NCBI GenBank assembly: GCA_964016885.1
Contig: OZ024757.1
Span: 36,890,001-36,954,000, forward strand
DNA: 64,000 nt
Source: Eledone cirrhosa
Lineage: Eukaryota
Direction: 5' to 3'
Numbering within the stretch: the first letter of the stretch is position 1; every line of letters begins with the position of its first letter. Below are positions 16,156-31,144 of this stretch, piece after piece. Both the position numbers and the translations under genes were made by a program. Below the pieces are notes generated by a model. The model was not told the DNA's origin. It made no database searches and saw only the letters and a list, made by a program, of their open reading frames with translations.

Positions 16156-17726
16156 GGAATTGTGTACTTGATTGGTACTTTTTTTATCGACCCTGAATGG
16201 ATGAAAGACAAAGTTGACCTCGGCGGGATTTGAACTCAGAGAGTAGAGAGCCGAAATACTACAAAGCATTCTATCCGACATTCTAGCGACTTTGCCAATT
16301 TGCTGCCTCACAACATAAATCCTACATCGCAGTTTGTAAGCACACATGTTGTGCAATGCTATGACAAGATCTGGGTTGTATGGACTTGTGCACAGCTGTA
16401 ATGTGGCAGTCCTTAACACCAGATGGTCACAGTTAGACGTACCCCCACACCACTGTTCCCCTCCTCGTCCCTTGCTTCTTTGGTGCAGAAAAAACAGATG
16501 ACTCACTTGATTTTGAGGATAGCAATGTTGAATTAGTGGAGAATATCTTGGTGACATATAACGAGGTGGTGATGGTGGGGGTGTTGGTGTTGTAGTGGTG
16601 GTGGTGATGTTGTGGTGATGTTGTAGTGGTGGTGTTGTAGTGATGTTGGTGTTGTAGTTGTGGTGGTGGTGGTAGTGGTGAGGTGTTATAGTGGTGTTGG
16701 TGTTGTAGTGGTGGCGGTGGTGATGTTGTGGTGGTGGTAGTGGTGAGGTGTGGTGTTGGTGTTGTAGTGGTGGTGTGGTGATGGTGCTAGTGTTGTTGGT
16801 AGTGGTAGTAATATTGGTGTTGTGGTGGTGGTGGTGGTGTGGTGATGATGGTGTAGTAATGTTGGTGGTGAGGTAATAGTGGTAGTGATGGTGCTAGTGC
16901 TGGAGGTGATGGTGCTGTTACTGTTAGTGATGACAGTGTTGGTAGTAGTGTAGGTGGTGGTGGTGGTGATGGCAGGGTGGGGGAGAAGTGAGTAAGATAG
17001 GTTAAGATACAAAAGTGTGAGAAGTTGAAGAGCTGTGGTTGTTGTTTAGCCCTAGGCCAGCTCTTACTCAGCAGACTGATGATCAAAGCTGCTCCGGTAA
17101 TGACAATCACATTTATATTAGCAAGTTGTGTGTATGTGTGTAAATGTGTGTGTGTGAATGTGTGTCTGAACGTGTGAATGTGTGTGTGCGCGTTCGTGTA
17201 GGTATGTAAATATGTAATATATGTACATGCTGCATGTATGTATGTATACATATGCACGTATGTGTGTATATATGTATATACATATGGACGTATGTGTGTA
17301 TATATATGTATATACATATGAACGTATGTATGTATATATGTATATACTTATGTATGTATCTATATACACATGTGTATACATATGTACATAAGTATGTATA
17401 TATGTATATAAGTATCTATATAAGTATGTATATATGTATATAAGTATCTACATAAGTATGTACATTTGTATGTATATACACATGTACTTAAGTATGTATC
17501 TATATATACATATCTACATAAGTATGTACATATGTACATATGTATATATATATACATGTACATAAATATCTACCCACTGTGTAAATGTCCCCTTCTTTTG
17601 TGCCCTCGTGGCAAATAAATAGAAATTTATCTATGTATGTATGTATATACACATGTACATAAGTATCTATCTATCCATCTAAGTATATATATACTATTAA
17701 AAACATTATAAAACTCTGCTTAGCTT

Positions 17727-18214
17727 TTCGCCATAGCAACTTACCAACCAGTAACGAACGAACGACCAGAGTTTTGACTGACTGTTAATATATTAATGGA
17801 TTTATAATATATTAATGTATTAATTTATTCAAGAAATGGTTGCTATATAAATAAATAATGCTAATTAGGAAGTGAAGTGGTCGGTGCCAGTCGGGGGACT
17901 TCTGCTACTGCTAAACAGACATTCTCAGGTAGAAGTCGCTTGTTTTGAAAAACCGGCAGAATTCCTGCTACTATTGCAATTTTGCCAGTCGGTCTCTCTA
18001 TCTATCTCTGTCTCTTTCTCTCTCGCCCTCTCTCTCCATGCCGGAGAGATGACGGAGATTTAAACACGAAACAAAACTGGAGAAAAATAAAAATTAAACC
18101 TTATATGGACATAGTTTAAATTAAGAGTATATATATATATATATACACACACATATATATATAATATATGTGGTCTCGAACGATATTGTTATACTTTTGC
18201 TCGGATTAATTCAG
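17727..18214. promoter_or_regulatory. Candidate bidirectional promoter / non-coding first exons
   Basis: Locally CpG-richer unique sequence with outward-facing donors: TTG|GTAAGT on minus (17745/17744) and CAG|GTAAGG on plus (18214/18215). An X-box-like TTCGCCATAGCAAC lies at 17727-17740. Confidence 0.35.
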
Positions 18215-18917
18215 GTAAGGAATTAAGTCTTCTATCTACCGATTATCTATCTATCTATCTCTCTCTATCTAACTGTCTATCTATCTATCTGTCTGTCTAT
18301 CTACCTATCTGCCTGTCTAACTATCCTGTCCCCTTTTCTTGTGCGCCTTAGTGGCAAATACAGAAATATATCTATCTCTCTGTCCGTCTGTCTGTCTATC
18401 TGTTTGTCTGTCTATCTGCCTGTCTATCTATCCTTCTAGCTATTACGTATCTATCTTTCTATTTATCTATCTATCTATCTATCTTTCGATCTATCGATCC
18501 AGTTGCATGTATGATCATGTCCACGCGCAAACCGTCACAAAACCTCACGATGTTCCTGTTGTTGTTGCTGTTGTTGTCAGCGCCCCGCTCCCCTCTATGT
18601 GAGCCCTGACCGAGCAGACCCATGATTAAAAGCCAATCGCAGTCGTATCTGCCCTGAACATCCTATCTACCCTGTTATTTTGAGGCTATGTCTAAAGGAC
18701 TATATAATTATCTCGTGTAGTAGTAGGTAGGGGGCCAGATTTGATATATATATATATATATATACTGGCTGCTATTTCTAGCAAATAGAGGGACACGTTG
18801 ACTTCTCTCTCTCTCTCTTCCACGTTGGTCTTGGAGAATTTTAGTAATATGTATTTAGTTTTGGTGCCTTCACGTGTCTGAGTCCAAATATTGGCCGGAG
18901 TACTAGTAAAATAAGTG

Positions 18918-18974
<57 letters not shown>

Positions 18975-18994
18975 ACTTATTTTACTAGTACTCA

Positions 18995-19071
18995 CAGGGT
19001 GTCCCAAAAAATGTATACACATTTCAACAGCATTCTAATAAATATGTGCATACATTTTTGGGGACACCCTG
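18995..19071. mobile_element. 77-bp mariner/Tc1-like MITE
   Basis: About 30-bp TIRs CAGGGTGTCCCAAAAAATGTATACACATTT / AATATGTGCATACATTTTTGGGGACACCCTG. Confidence 0.7.
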
Positions 19072-19087
19072 TACTCATATACACACG

Positions 19088-19123
<36 letters not shown>

Positions 19124-20236
19124 CATGTGCGTGTGTATTTATATATGTATGTATACATGTGCGTGTGTATTTATATATGTATGTATATATGTGTGTGTAT
19201 ATATATATATGTGTATATATATATGTATGTATATATGTGTGTGTATATATATATATGTGTATATATATATATATGTGATGTTACTAGTTAAAACCAACCA
19301 CTTAGACCATTATTTAACTTAATACTCTATACTGAAGGAAAGTAGAATTGTAGACATTATTATTATTATTATTATTATTATTACAGGGGATTATTTGCTC
19401 TGCTGTAGTAAAAGCTTAACCGTAGGGCACAGAACCCTTATAACACATACACAAACACGCACAGATACACACACATGGTTGCTCGGTTGCTGTGCAAATC
19501 TGCTGTTATTTCATGGAGGACAATGAGATAAGGGAGAGAGAGAGAGACACATGTGTGGTGATGATTGAAATTCGATTATCTTTAAAGACAAATTTCCCAA
19601 TACGTTGTTTAGTAATTACATACAGATTTACAATAAATTCTTGAGTTGTTGTGTTTGTTGGTTGTTGTTGTTGTTGGGGAGGTGGAGATTTGAGTGAGAT
19701 TTCGCTGTTATTTCTAACATTTGAAGCAGTCCTGTAGTTGCGTTATTAATTCGGCTGGTTTTTAGTGACATGTATTATAATTTAAAATAAAAAAAAAAAA
19801 GGTTTAGCTATGTCGTTGCGGAGTCTCCAAAGTACTGTGTGTGTGTGTGTGTGTATGTGAATGTATGTATGTGTGTGTGTTGTTGTTAGCCCCTTGTCAG
19901 TCCTGGTCGGCGTTCCAGCCATGATCTCTACGTCTTTTATTTTTATAAAATTAATCAAATATGCCACCTCATATTCCCTCTCTTGCTCCATTTTTATTAA
20001 GGTGTTAGTGATGGCTGGCTAGGGGGCCAAAGGAAGCCCCCTCCCCATTTTTTTTTTCAGAAAAAAAAAAAAAAAACGTGTCTGCTATTTCTAGCAAGTC
20101 TAGCAACTATGTATAGGCTCGTTGTCGCGCACCTGCGTGTATGCTGTGACATATTGTGAACACTTTTGTTTAAGCTTTTCATAGTCATATATTTACAAAA
20201 TATGACAGTCTAATATACATGTGTATATGTATATAA

Positions 20237-20267
<31 letters not shown>

Positions 20268-20321
20268 TGTATGTATGTATGTATGTATGTATGTATGTAT
20301 ATGTGCCTGTGTGTGTATGCG

Positions 20322-20368
<47 letters not shown>

Positions 20369-20419
20369 CTGTGTGTGTGTGTGAATATATGTATGTATGT
20401 GTGTGTGTGTATGTATATG

Positions 20420-20450
<31 letters not shown>

Positions 20451-20701
20451 CTGTGTGTGTGTGTGAATATATGTATGTATGTGTGTGTGTGTATATATAT
20501 AAACATATATATACGCATACGTACATATATACACATACATATATATGCACATACATATATATACACATACATACATATATATACACATACATACATACAT
20601 ATATATACACATACATATATATATATATACACATACATATATATATATATACACATACATACATATATATACATATACATATACATATATATATACATAC
20701 A

Positions 20702-20741
<40 letters not shown>

Positions 20742-20764
20742 CATACATACATATATATATATAC

Positions 20765-20795
<31 letters not shown>

Positions 20796-21014
20796 CATAC
20801 ATATATATATATACATATATATATATATACATACATATATATATACATACATATATATATATATACATACATATATATATATACACATACATACATATAT
20901 ATACACATACATATATATATACACATACATACATATATATACACATACATATACATATATATATACATACATATACATATATATATACATACATATATAT
21001 ATATACATACATAC

Positions 21015-21050
<36 letters not shown>

Positions 21051-21612
21051 TCACATACATGTATAGTGTGTCTGTCTGTCAGTGGCATAGTTAGACTGTG
21101 TACCGCCTTGAACCGCTCCTGAAATATCGGGTATGTTTGGAACATAAATTAACAAAGGTTCTCACATAAAATTATGATAAACAGTTTTATATCATATAAT
21201 CAGGGGCTGTTTCAGGAGGGTTGATGGAAGAAAAACAGGTTTAAATAAGTGCTGAAGCCATCGTTAGTGGCTCTACAGCGAGGGCTTTATTTCAGTATTG
21301 GTACGTCGAAAGTGAAAGTAAATTCATAACAACTATGATGACAGAATTGTTGTATTGATATTAATACTTTTAAATAAGAAAAGGAAAATATATTGTCTTA
21401 TTCACAGGATTTAATGCGTATGTACATGCTAGGTTAAGGGTCTATAAGTGTAGAGGTTGTATTTATACTTTGTAAGTGTGAAACTAAATTAACATATCAG
21501 CGTCATGATGGTAAATTCACTTTCGTTTTTCGTGTACCAATAACGAAGTATTACTGTAGTGAGTTTTATACCTTCATCACAACTTGGACAAAGTTGAATG
21601 CTTTGAAGCAAG

Positions 21613-22027
21613 CAGAGGCATAACTAGGGAAAATAGCACCTATGGCAAGCAGTGAAATTGCACCCCTACCCAGTACTGATTTTTACGTATGGGGGTATAA
21701 TAATTTATATAAATGGTTTAATGATTTGAGGCATAACTAGGGAAAATAGCCCCTATGGCAAGCAGTGAAATTGCACCCCTACCCAGTACTGATTTTTACG
21801 TATGGAGGCCTAATAATTTATAAAAATGGTTTAATGATCCAGCCACCATAGTGTTTCTCAGCCATGGTAATCAGAGACAGATCATACATATGACGGAGTT
21901 TCTGTTTTCACTCTCTGACGATGGCTTATCTGACTTTAATAGAACCTGCTCCTAGTCCAAGTGGCATTCCCGTTCAAATGGGGCCCATGGCACATTCCAT
22001 GCTTGTCATACCCTAGTTGCGCCTCTG
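21613..22027. mobile_element. Non-autonomous DNA element with 17-bp TIRs and an internal ~115-bp direct duplication
   Basis: CAGAGGCATAACTAGGG ... CCCTAGTTGCGCCTCTG; 21615-21724 is repeated at 21728-21838. No clear TSD. Confidence 0.55.
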
Positions 22028-22119
22028 CATACACGTTTGGGTTAGTGACTGTTAAGGAGGGTCAAGGAAAAGAGTCAGGTCCGTTATGGTCCACCTGGTT
22101 CTTTACCACAGTTTCTTTG

Positions 22120-22175
<56 letters not shown>

Positions 22176-22354
22176 TATAGTCATGGTAAAATCACTTTCA
22201 CTTTCGACGTACCTATAACGAAATATTACCCCAGCTGGACAAAGTCGAATGCAATGAAGCAAGCCAGAAGTGAGTGTGAAAGAGGGGGGCGGGGATTGAG
22301 GGTGCTGGTCATCTCCCACTTTTTGCCTTTAATATGTCTTCACCTCCTCCCCCC

Positions 22355-22560
22355 TTCCTCTTCTTCTTCGTCCACTTATTCCTGAGAGGGTGGTGGGGTG
22401 GCTTGAGTCCTCGACCACTCCTTCCACTTCCAGCGAGTCCTGTCAGAAGCAACCGTCTCCAATTGATTCGGTTGCTGGATCCCAGCCCCAAGCGAGGCCA
22501 GCCAAGCTCATGGATGTTATTCAACCATCTTCCTCAGGGTGGGTCTACCCCTGGGGTGGT
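22355..22560 (-). mobile_element. LINE 3' fragment with (GAA)n-like tail; related copies at about 40985-41160 and 41298-41432 (+)
   Basis: PRGRP...NIHELGWPRLG...QLETVASDRTRW across frameshifts. The motif atccatgagcttggctggtctc recurs. Confidence 0.55.
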
Positions 22561-23069
22561 CTCCTCCTCTTCTCCGTCCTCTCAGTAATTTCTGTTCTGC
22601 CTGCAAACTTTATTATCATTTTTCTTTATAATAATTGTTTCTACTTTTGGCACAAGGCCAGCAATTATCCCAGTGTATTACTGGTACTTTATTTTATCGA
22701 CCCCATAAGGATGAAAGGCAAAGTTAACCTTGGCGGGATTTGAACTCAGATCATAAAGGGCTGTAACTCTATGCTGCAAAGCATGTTGTCCGACCCTCTA
22801 CCGATACTGCCAATCCACCGACCTTTCTTAATAATGGTTTCTTATATAGGCACAAGGCCAGTAATTTGGGGTGAGAGGAAAGTCGATTAAATTGACCCCA
22901 GTACGTTACTGGTGCTTTATTTTATCAACCCCATAAGGATGAAAAGCAAAATTAACTGCGGCGGGATTTGAACTCATACCGTAAAGGGGCGTAACTCTAT
23001 GCTGCAATACAAAGCATGGCATCCGACCCTCTACCGATACTGCCAATCCACTGCCTTCACTTTTTCTTT

Positions 23070-23150
23070 ATAATAATAATAATATTATTGTGTACAGTGC
23101 TCAGGTGCACTACAACTCATCAAAGGTGCATATATAATACATAGAATAAT
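23070..23150 (-). mobile_element. Isolated 3' end of the same CR1-like LINE
   Basis: (taa)n-ttattgtgtacagtgctcaggtgcactacaactc matches 62887-62942. Confidence 0.7.
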
Positions 23151-25239
23151 GAATTGTAGTTAATCACACTCTCTAAATCCTTCTCTGTTAACATTTAATA
23201 CAGTTTACCAGTTTATTCAGTGACTATGCTTTGCTCACCTGAATTATTTATGAATTTCATCTTTAAATACTTAATGGATCCAACTGAGAACAATGGCCAC
23301 CTCACACTGAGTTGCTTTACTGCAGAGATTTTCAAACTGCAATGGAGAACCATGAGGCAGATTAATCTTTAACCCTTTACCATTTACATTACTCTATATT
23401 TACTATTATATTTTCATGGTAAAGGCTTTATCTCACATATTAAATCTGAGATTTTGTTGGTAGTATCGGTAGAGTGTCAGACACCATGTTTTGCAGCATA
23501 GTTATGGCCCTTTGCGTTCTGAGTTCAAATCCGCCGAGGTTAACTTTGCCTTTCATCCTTACGAGGTTGATAAAATAAAGTACCAGTAATACACTGGGAT
23601 AATTGCTGACCTTGTGCCAAAAGTAGAAACAATTATTTATTTTGAGAACAATACCTTAACACAAGTATGAGCAGCCAATTATGGCCGGTTTGAACAGAAA
23701 GAGGTGAGAGAATTCTGGCTGGATATGGCTGGTTTAAATGCTAAAGGGTTAAATGAGAGTGAAGTTGTTTGTATGCAAAAGGTCAAATGGGATCCAGGGT
23801 TTAAAGCAGATACCCATCTTTTTTCTATCTCATATTCTATTTGGTCTGATCCCATAACTCCTGAGAAAATTGTAGTGGCGCTTAAACCAGATACCCAGCT
23901 TTTGTCTCTCTCATATTCTATTGGGTATGGTCCTGTAACTCCCAAGGGAATCGTCTTCTTGTGACACCAAACTCCGCCAGTTGCAGACTACGCATCAACA
24001 TGAGATATTTTTCTCCACAAAGTTCCATCACCAACAGCAGAGTTTAGAGCAAAGATCAAGTCCAGTCCATAGGTTGACATTATCAAGCCATCGTTTTAGT
24101 GCCGGCCTCTGCTTCACTTACCAGCCAACCTTCCTTCTAGGCATAACCTACTCACACCACGAGTTGATCTTTTTATATGACCGTATAGTTTGAGTACTCT
24201 TGACTTGACAATTGATGTAATTGGTTTAAGGGAATCATAGAGGTGCCTAGACCAGACACCCATCTACTTTCTCTCTCACATTCCATTAGGTATGGTGCCA
24301 TAACTCCTGAGTCAGTCATAGAGGTACCTAAACTAGATACCCATCTATTTTCTTTCTCATATTCTATTGGGTATGGTATGGTCCCACAGCTGCCGACTCA
24401 CCGACCATGATAAGTCTTTACAGGATGTTCTAAAAGTCTAAAGTCTATCTTGAGCCCAGAGATTCATCAGACTGTTGTTTATCCCAGTTTCCCTGGTACC
24501 AGGGGCCTCGTTTGCCTTAAAAATGGGGGAGGGGGGGGGGGGCAAACCAACATTTGTTGATTCTTTAAAGGAGCATAAATTGCTTATGGGTGCCTTTTCC
24601 GGACCCTATCACATAAGTAAAATTTTATATATTCAAATGAAGTTCAGATATTAAAAAAATAGGCTTAAAAAGAATTTATTATATCAAATAAACAAAAAAT
24701 AAAATATAGACGTTTGAAAAAGTTGGGGGGGACTTGTCCCCTGGTACCCCCCTGAAACAAAGCCCTTGCCTGGTACGCAGTTTCAGCTGAGTATACTGGA
24801 GCAACGTGAAAATAGTGTAGTTTTTTTTTGCTGAAGAACACAACACACAACCCAGTCCAGAGTGTAAAAAGTAAAAAAGTTTAAAAACCAATGAAGAGAA
24901 ACTGTTGACAATAGGTTGGTTACAGTCATTGTTGTCAGTGCAGAGAGACATGTAGCTTCAATGAAAATTGAACTCACCAACTTCTGCCTTTTAAATATGT
25001 TCTTTCATTTACTTTATAACTGGAAAAACCAGTTGGACCAACGTGAAGACATTTTATTTTAAAACTGTTTCATCTACTCTCTCTGCTTCTTCCTCCCACT
25101 CTTTCTCTTCTCCCCCTTTTGCCATGTATATAAATGCTTAGCAACTTTGACATTGGCTGTGTGTTTCACCAAGTAAAAGCATATTGTTCATTATATATAT
25201 CTCTCTATATATATATTTAACACCATATGTTAGTTCTTC

Positions 25240-25440
25240 AATGTGTACCTGGGTATTTAGCACCCTAGGCTAACTTCATAATGTGTACCTGGCTATTTGG
25301 CACCCTAAGCTAGCTCTATAATGTGTACCTGGCTATTTGGCACCCTAAGCTAGCTCTATAATGTGTACCTGGGTATTTAATACCATAAACCAACTCTATA
25401 ATGTGTACCTGGGTATTTAACATCATAAACTAACTCTACA
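25240..25440. repeat. 40-bp minisatellite, 5 copies
   Basis: Unit aatgtgtacctggctatttggcaccctaagctagctctat. Confidence 0.85.
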
Positions 25441-26000
25441 ATTACTTGTCCCATTCTCCATATAAAAATAACTTCAACTTACAGTCTGGCAAACTGACAA
25501 TCTTAGTTTTAGATATTTTTTGCACTGACCACACTAAGAATCTATTTATCGATTGCAGGAGATTTTTATATATTTATATAAGATATACAAATTTGTATAA
25601 AACTGATCCTTTAAGATTCAGTAAAGCAACACTTATGTGTTTGGAACATAACTTCACAATGGAAGGTTTTTACTTAAATATAAACACTAGTACTTTGTAT
25701 AGTGACTCCACCGAAAGGATAAAAGGCAAAGGTGACCTCAGTAGGATTTGAACTCAGAATATAAGCAGCCAAAACATATGCCGCAATGCAGTATCTGGTC
25801 TTCTAACAATTCTGCCAATTCACTGTCTTATAAGATTTGATATGGTTTTAACACTTTCAACACCAACACACCCCCAACTCTGCCAAGTCATTCCCTTATA
25901 AGTTTTCAATATGGTTTTATCACATTCAACACTAACACACCCCAAAACTGACTCTGGTTCTATGAAATAAAACCACCCATTTTAAAGGGTTCATGTTTAA

Positions 26001-26261
26001 CCCTTTAGCATTTAAAACAGCTGTATCCGGCCAGAATTCTTTCACCTCTTTCTGTTCAAACCGGCTATAACCGGCTGCTTATACTGATGTGAAGGTATTA
26101 TTTTCAAAATAAATAATATCAAAATCTCACAGATTTCATATGTGAGGTAAAGCCTTTACCGTGAAAATATAATAGTAAATATAATGTAAATGTTATGTGA
26201 GGTAAAGCCTTTACTGTGAAAGTATAATAGTAAATATATAGAGTAATGTAATGCTAAAGAG
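26001..26261. mobile_element. piggyBac-like MITE; copies at 12885-13094, 23373-23748 (SINE-interrupted), about 27512-28255 (interrupted), 54326-54509, 58860-59070, 63922-64000
   Basis: TTAA|CCCTTTAGCATT ... AATGCTAAAG(A/G)G|TTAA termini with a shared internal sequence. Confidence 0.75.
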
Positions 26262-27569
26262 TTAAACTCTTTCAACATAATTTTATATAAGTACCTTTTT
26301 CATAAGATATGTCACAAACATTAACACAAAGCCAGTAAAAGTTTTGGAAGGACAAAGTTGATTATATCAACCCCAGTATTTGACTGGTACTTTATTTTAT
26401 CAACCTTAGAATGATGAAAAGCTAATTTGACCTCAGGAGGATGTGTAAAGAGCAAGAACAAATGTCATTTTATCCTGTGTTCTACCAATTCTACCAATCC
26501 ACCACTCTAAATACTATCTCAATAATGAAATAATAATATTGTTATATTTAGGGAGGGTCATGTTGTTATAATATTGCCAGAAAACTATAGTAAAACACAC
26601 TCACTGTTTGGTTTGGGTTGGTTTTCACTTCAGTATATTTCTAAAATATTTTTATAATTAATTCAGCTGTCAATCAATGTATATCATTGATTGACCAACA
26701 GTTAAAAATATAGATATAAATATAGTTTCTCAAAGTTCTTTCATCACACAACTGTGACATCATCAGTAATAATTTAAGTAAATCCCTCCAAATTATTAAT
26801 TAATTAATTGAAATACAGTGCCTTTCATTGGAAATATAGTCAGGGAAGAGTTGAAAGAACTGATGGAGGGATTAATGGAAGCTGGAAAGACAAATGGTTC
26901 AACGGCTTGGCCATTCAGCAGGAGTATTTGAAAACAAATGTAAAAGTCAATCAATAGAAACACACACACACACATATATGGTGCTAGCAGGGGAAAATGG
27001 ATGTTAAATGATGATGATGATATATGTATATAATAGGGTTAATTATTCTTTTATATAAATATATATTATATATATATATGTATGATATATATATATATAC
27101 GTATTATAAATAATATAATATTATATATATATATATAATATATGTGTGTGTATGTATTGCCAGCAGGGAAAAAATGGACACTGAATGGTGTTGATTATGA
27201 TATATATATATATATATACATACACACACACACACACACCTTGATTAAAAATAGCCTGTTAATTAATACTGGATGAAGGTTTTATTCATTTATTATTTTT
27301 TTCTATATTTATTTACCGTATTACATCCATTGATCTCTAGATGTTATGGAGTGGGGCCGGTGTAGTGTTGGAGTGGCTGTTTATATAAGTGGAGGCTGGC
27401 CTTTCCTATTGAGCTCCACTCACCTGTGAAGTGGGAGTGGACTTTATGAGTAGGACATGATTTGGGGTTTGTAAATAAGCCAAGCATGTTTTGATGGATG
27501 TGCAAGGTTAACCCTTTAGCATTTACATTACACAATATTTCCGTTCCGTACACAGTGTCAATGACACAA

Positions 27570-27975
27570 CAGTCCACACTGTAAGGTGGTCGTGTAGGAG
27601 ACACGGTAAAAAGGCTCCCAGTTCACACTGTAAGGTGGTCGTGTAGGAGACACGGTAAAAAGGCTCCCAGTCCACACTGTGAGGTGGTCGTGTAGGAGAC
27701 ACGGTAAAAAGGCTCCCAGTCCACACTGTAAGGTGGTCGTGTAGGAGACACGGTAAAAAGGCTCCCAGTCCACACTGTAAGGTGGTCGTGTAGGAGACAC
27801 GGTAAAAAGGCTCCCAGTTCACACTGTAAGGTGGTCGTGTAGGAGACACGGTAAAAAGGCTCCCAGTCCACACTGTGAGGTGGTCGTGTAGGAGACACGG
27901 TAAAAAGGCTCCCAGTCCACACTGTAAGGTGGTCGTGTAGGAGACACGGTAAAAAGGCTCCCAGTCCATACAGTA
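27570..27975. repeat. 49-bp SINE-derived minisatellite, about 8 copies
   Basis: Unit cagtccacactgtaaggtggtcgtgtaggagacacggtaaaaaggctcc, running into a SINE body and tail. Confidence 0.92.
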
Positions 27976-29046
27976 AATGTGGTTGGTGTTAAAACCAGCT
28001 GTAAAAAACCTCCCAGAGACACTTCTGTACGAGCGAGACATGGTCTCCCGACCATTCCCGCATCAAATGGAACAAAACCATCTAACCCATACTAGCGTAG
28101 AAGATGGACGTTAAACGATGATGATGATGTTTATGATGATTTACTGTTGCATTTTCATGGTAAACACTTTATCTCACATAATGTCAAATCTACGAGATTT
28201 TGATATTATTTATTTTGAGAATAATACTTTAACATCAGTATGAGCAGTTGGTTATCAACTACGAAAGGATGAAAGGCAAAGTTGAGTTGAATATAGCAGA
28301 CTTTTCCCAGTGAATGATAAAGAGTGAGAGAGAGGAAATAAGAAAGAGATATAGAGGAAGAATCGACCCCAGTATTAGACTGGTACTTTTTTTTTATCGA
28401 CCTCGAAAGGATGAAAGGCATCGGTGCGATTTGAACTGAGAGAGCAGGGCCAGAAAGAATACCACAATGCAACACATTGAATGGTGGTGATGATAATGAT
28501 GGGTTGATCAATTTAGAGCCATGAAAGGATATTGTGTAACTATCTAGGACCAGTGCCTGAACATTGTAACAAATAAATTACTTCAAGACGTTTAGTCAAT
28601 TATGTTGACTCAAGTACTTGTTTTTTTTTTCTTTTTCTTTTTAAGTATGATACTTATTTTATCGATCTGCTAGGTTTCGCAATATGTAAGCAAACACTTA
28701 AATGTAAGCACAGCCTTGGATACACAACCACGCACACACAGAAATAAAAACACGCATACGAACAAACACAGATATATGCACACACACAAACACAAACACA
28801 CACACATATATTGGATTTGCAATCGTGAGGTCGATGTGTTATGACCTTGAGCAAGACACTTTATTTAACGTTGCTCATTCTACCTGGAGTTGCGACCAAT
28901 AGAGAGTATTAGCAATTGGAAAGACCAATGGAAACATTGTTTCCTCGGTCCGATTTGACGAAAGTCGATTGACTGTCTATATATATATATATATATAACT
29001 AAAATAACAGGAGGCTGGACTGGTGTAAATCCTTGAAAAGTTTATT

Positions 29047-29104
29047 ATACTATGATCATTTCAATGACCGGGTTGCGTATGAATCCGGTGATATCATCAG
29101 GTAT
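29047..29104 (-). ncRNA. Hammerhead ribozyme motif with palindromic stem III
   Basis: AUAC-CUGAUGA-UAU C ACCGG..CCGGU C AUU-GAAA-UGAUC-AUA^GUAU; AUGAUCAU is self-complementary. Confidence 0.55.
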
Positions 29105-29210
29105 TCGAAATATAACAAAGGAATATATAAAATCCATGGGTCCGAAATCAGAGACAGAGAGGACGACTGACCAACTAGCTGCTTTCACCTCGGGTAGTCG
29201 CCCTCAAACC

Positions 29211-29243
<33 letters not shown>

Positions 29244-29244
<1 letters not shown>

Positions 29245-29308
29245 ATTTTGTCTGATGAAGACATACCATAATGTAAATTGGTATCCTTGAAATATATATA
29301 ATGAAATA
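29244..29308 (+). ncRNA. Hammerhead ribozyme motif (same family as 32084 and the decayed copy at 6758-6823)
   Basis: UAUUUUGU-CUGAUGA-AGAC AUACCA..UGGUAU CCUU-GAAA-UAUAU-AUA^AUGAAAUA. Confidence 0.6.
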
Positions 29309-29374
29309 AATATGATTTTATAAATATAATTTCCATTTATTAATATCGTATATATATATATATATATATCTAGG

Positions 29375-29595
29375 GTGGGTAAAATTGCCGAGATCCATGG
29401 ACGAGTTCTCTCCAGCGGTCTCTGTCCCTCATTATTGCTGCCATATCCTGCGCCTCCAAGATTAACATATGTTAACCTCGGTCTTCCTCTTCCAGTGTGT
29501 CCATGCAGGGGCTCCCACAGGGGCACTGAGTGCTGTGTCAAGTCTAGATGTCGGTGAGCATGTCCAGCTAACCTCAGTCTCCTCTTGGGCTGACT
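29375..29595 (-). mobile_element. LINE (RTE-like) 3' fragment; a related copy lies at about 5548-5700
   Basis: [20 protein letters not shown] motif. The sequence gagatccatggacgagttctctccagc..tctctgtccctcatt is shared with 5561-5605. Confidence 0.7.
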
Positions 29596-29600
29596 TTATG

Positions 29601-29693
<93 letters not shown>

Positions 29694-29698
29694 ATATA

Positions 29699-29736
<38 letters not shown>

Positions 29737-29903
29737 CATATACGTTGGTCTTTCCAATTGCTAATACTCTCTATCGGTCGCAACTCCAGGTAGAAGGAGC
29801 AACGTGAAATAAAGTGTCTTGCTCAAGGACATAACGCATCGACCAGTCCAGGAATCGAACTCACGATTGCGAATCCAATTCTCTAACCACTCAGCCACGT
29901 ACC

Positions 29904-30836
<933 letters not shown>

Positions 30837-31144
30837 AAGCAACATAGTGGTATGTTTTGAGAAACCTGAAATTGATTCTGTCTAAACTTTCCTGTCTAAA
30901 CTAGTTTGAGATGTATTAGCCACCTTATTTATTTATTCTTTTAAATTTATATATATTTGTATTTAATATATATATATATACATACATATGTATATATGTA
31001 TGTATGTATGTGTGTGGTGTATATATATATATATATATATATATAAATGTACTTACATATACACACATATATACATAGAGAGAGAGAGATAGATTACCTC
31101 TCTCTCTCTATATATATATATATTTTTACACCACTTTACAAATA

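Noticed and set aside
16300-16565. Unique island with exon-like frames on both strands (plus: KTDDSLDFEDSNVELVENILVTYNE; minus: MSPRYSPLIQHCYPQNQ|gtgagt)
   Set aside because: Each reading has only one good splice signal and no recognisable homology.
24430-24478. CUGAUGA followed by a short hairpin on the minus strand
   Set aside because: There is no GAAA or stem III.
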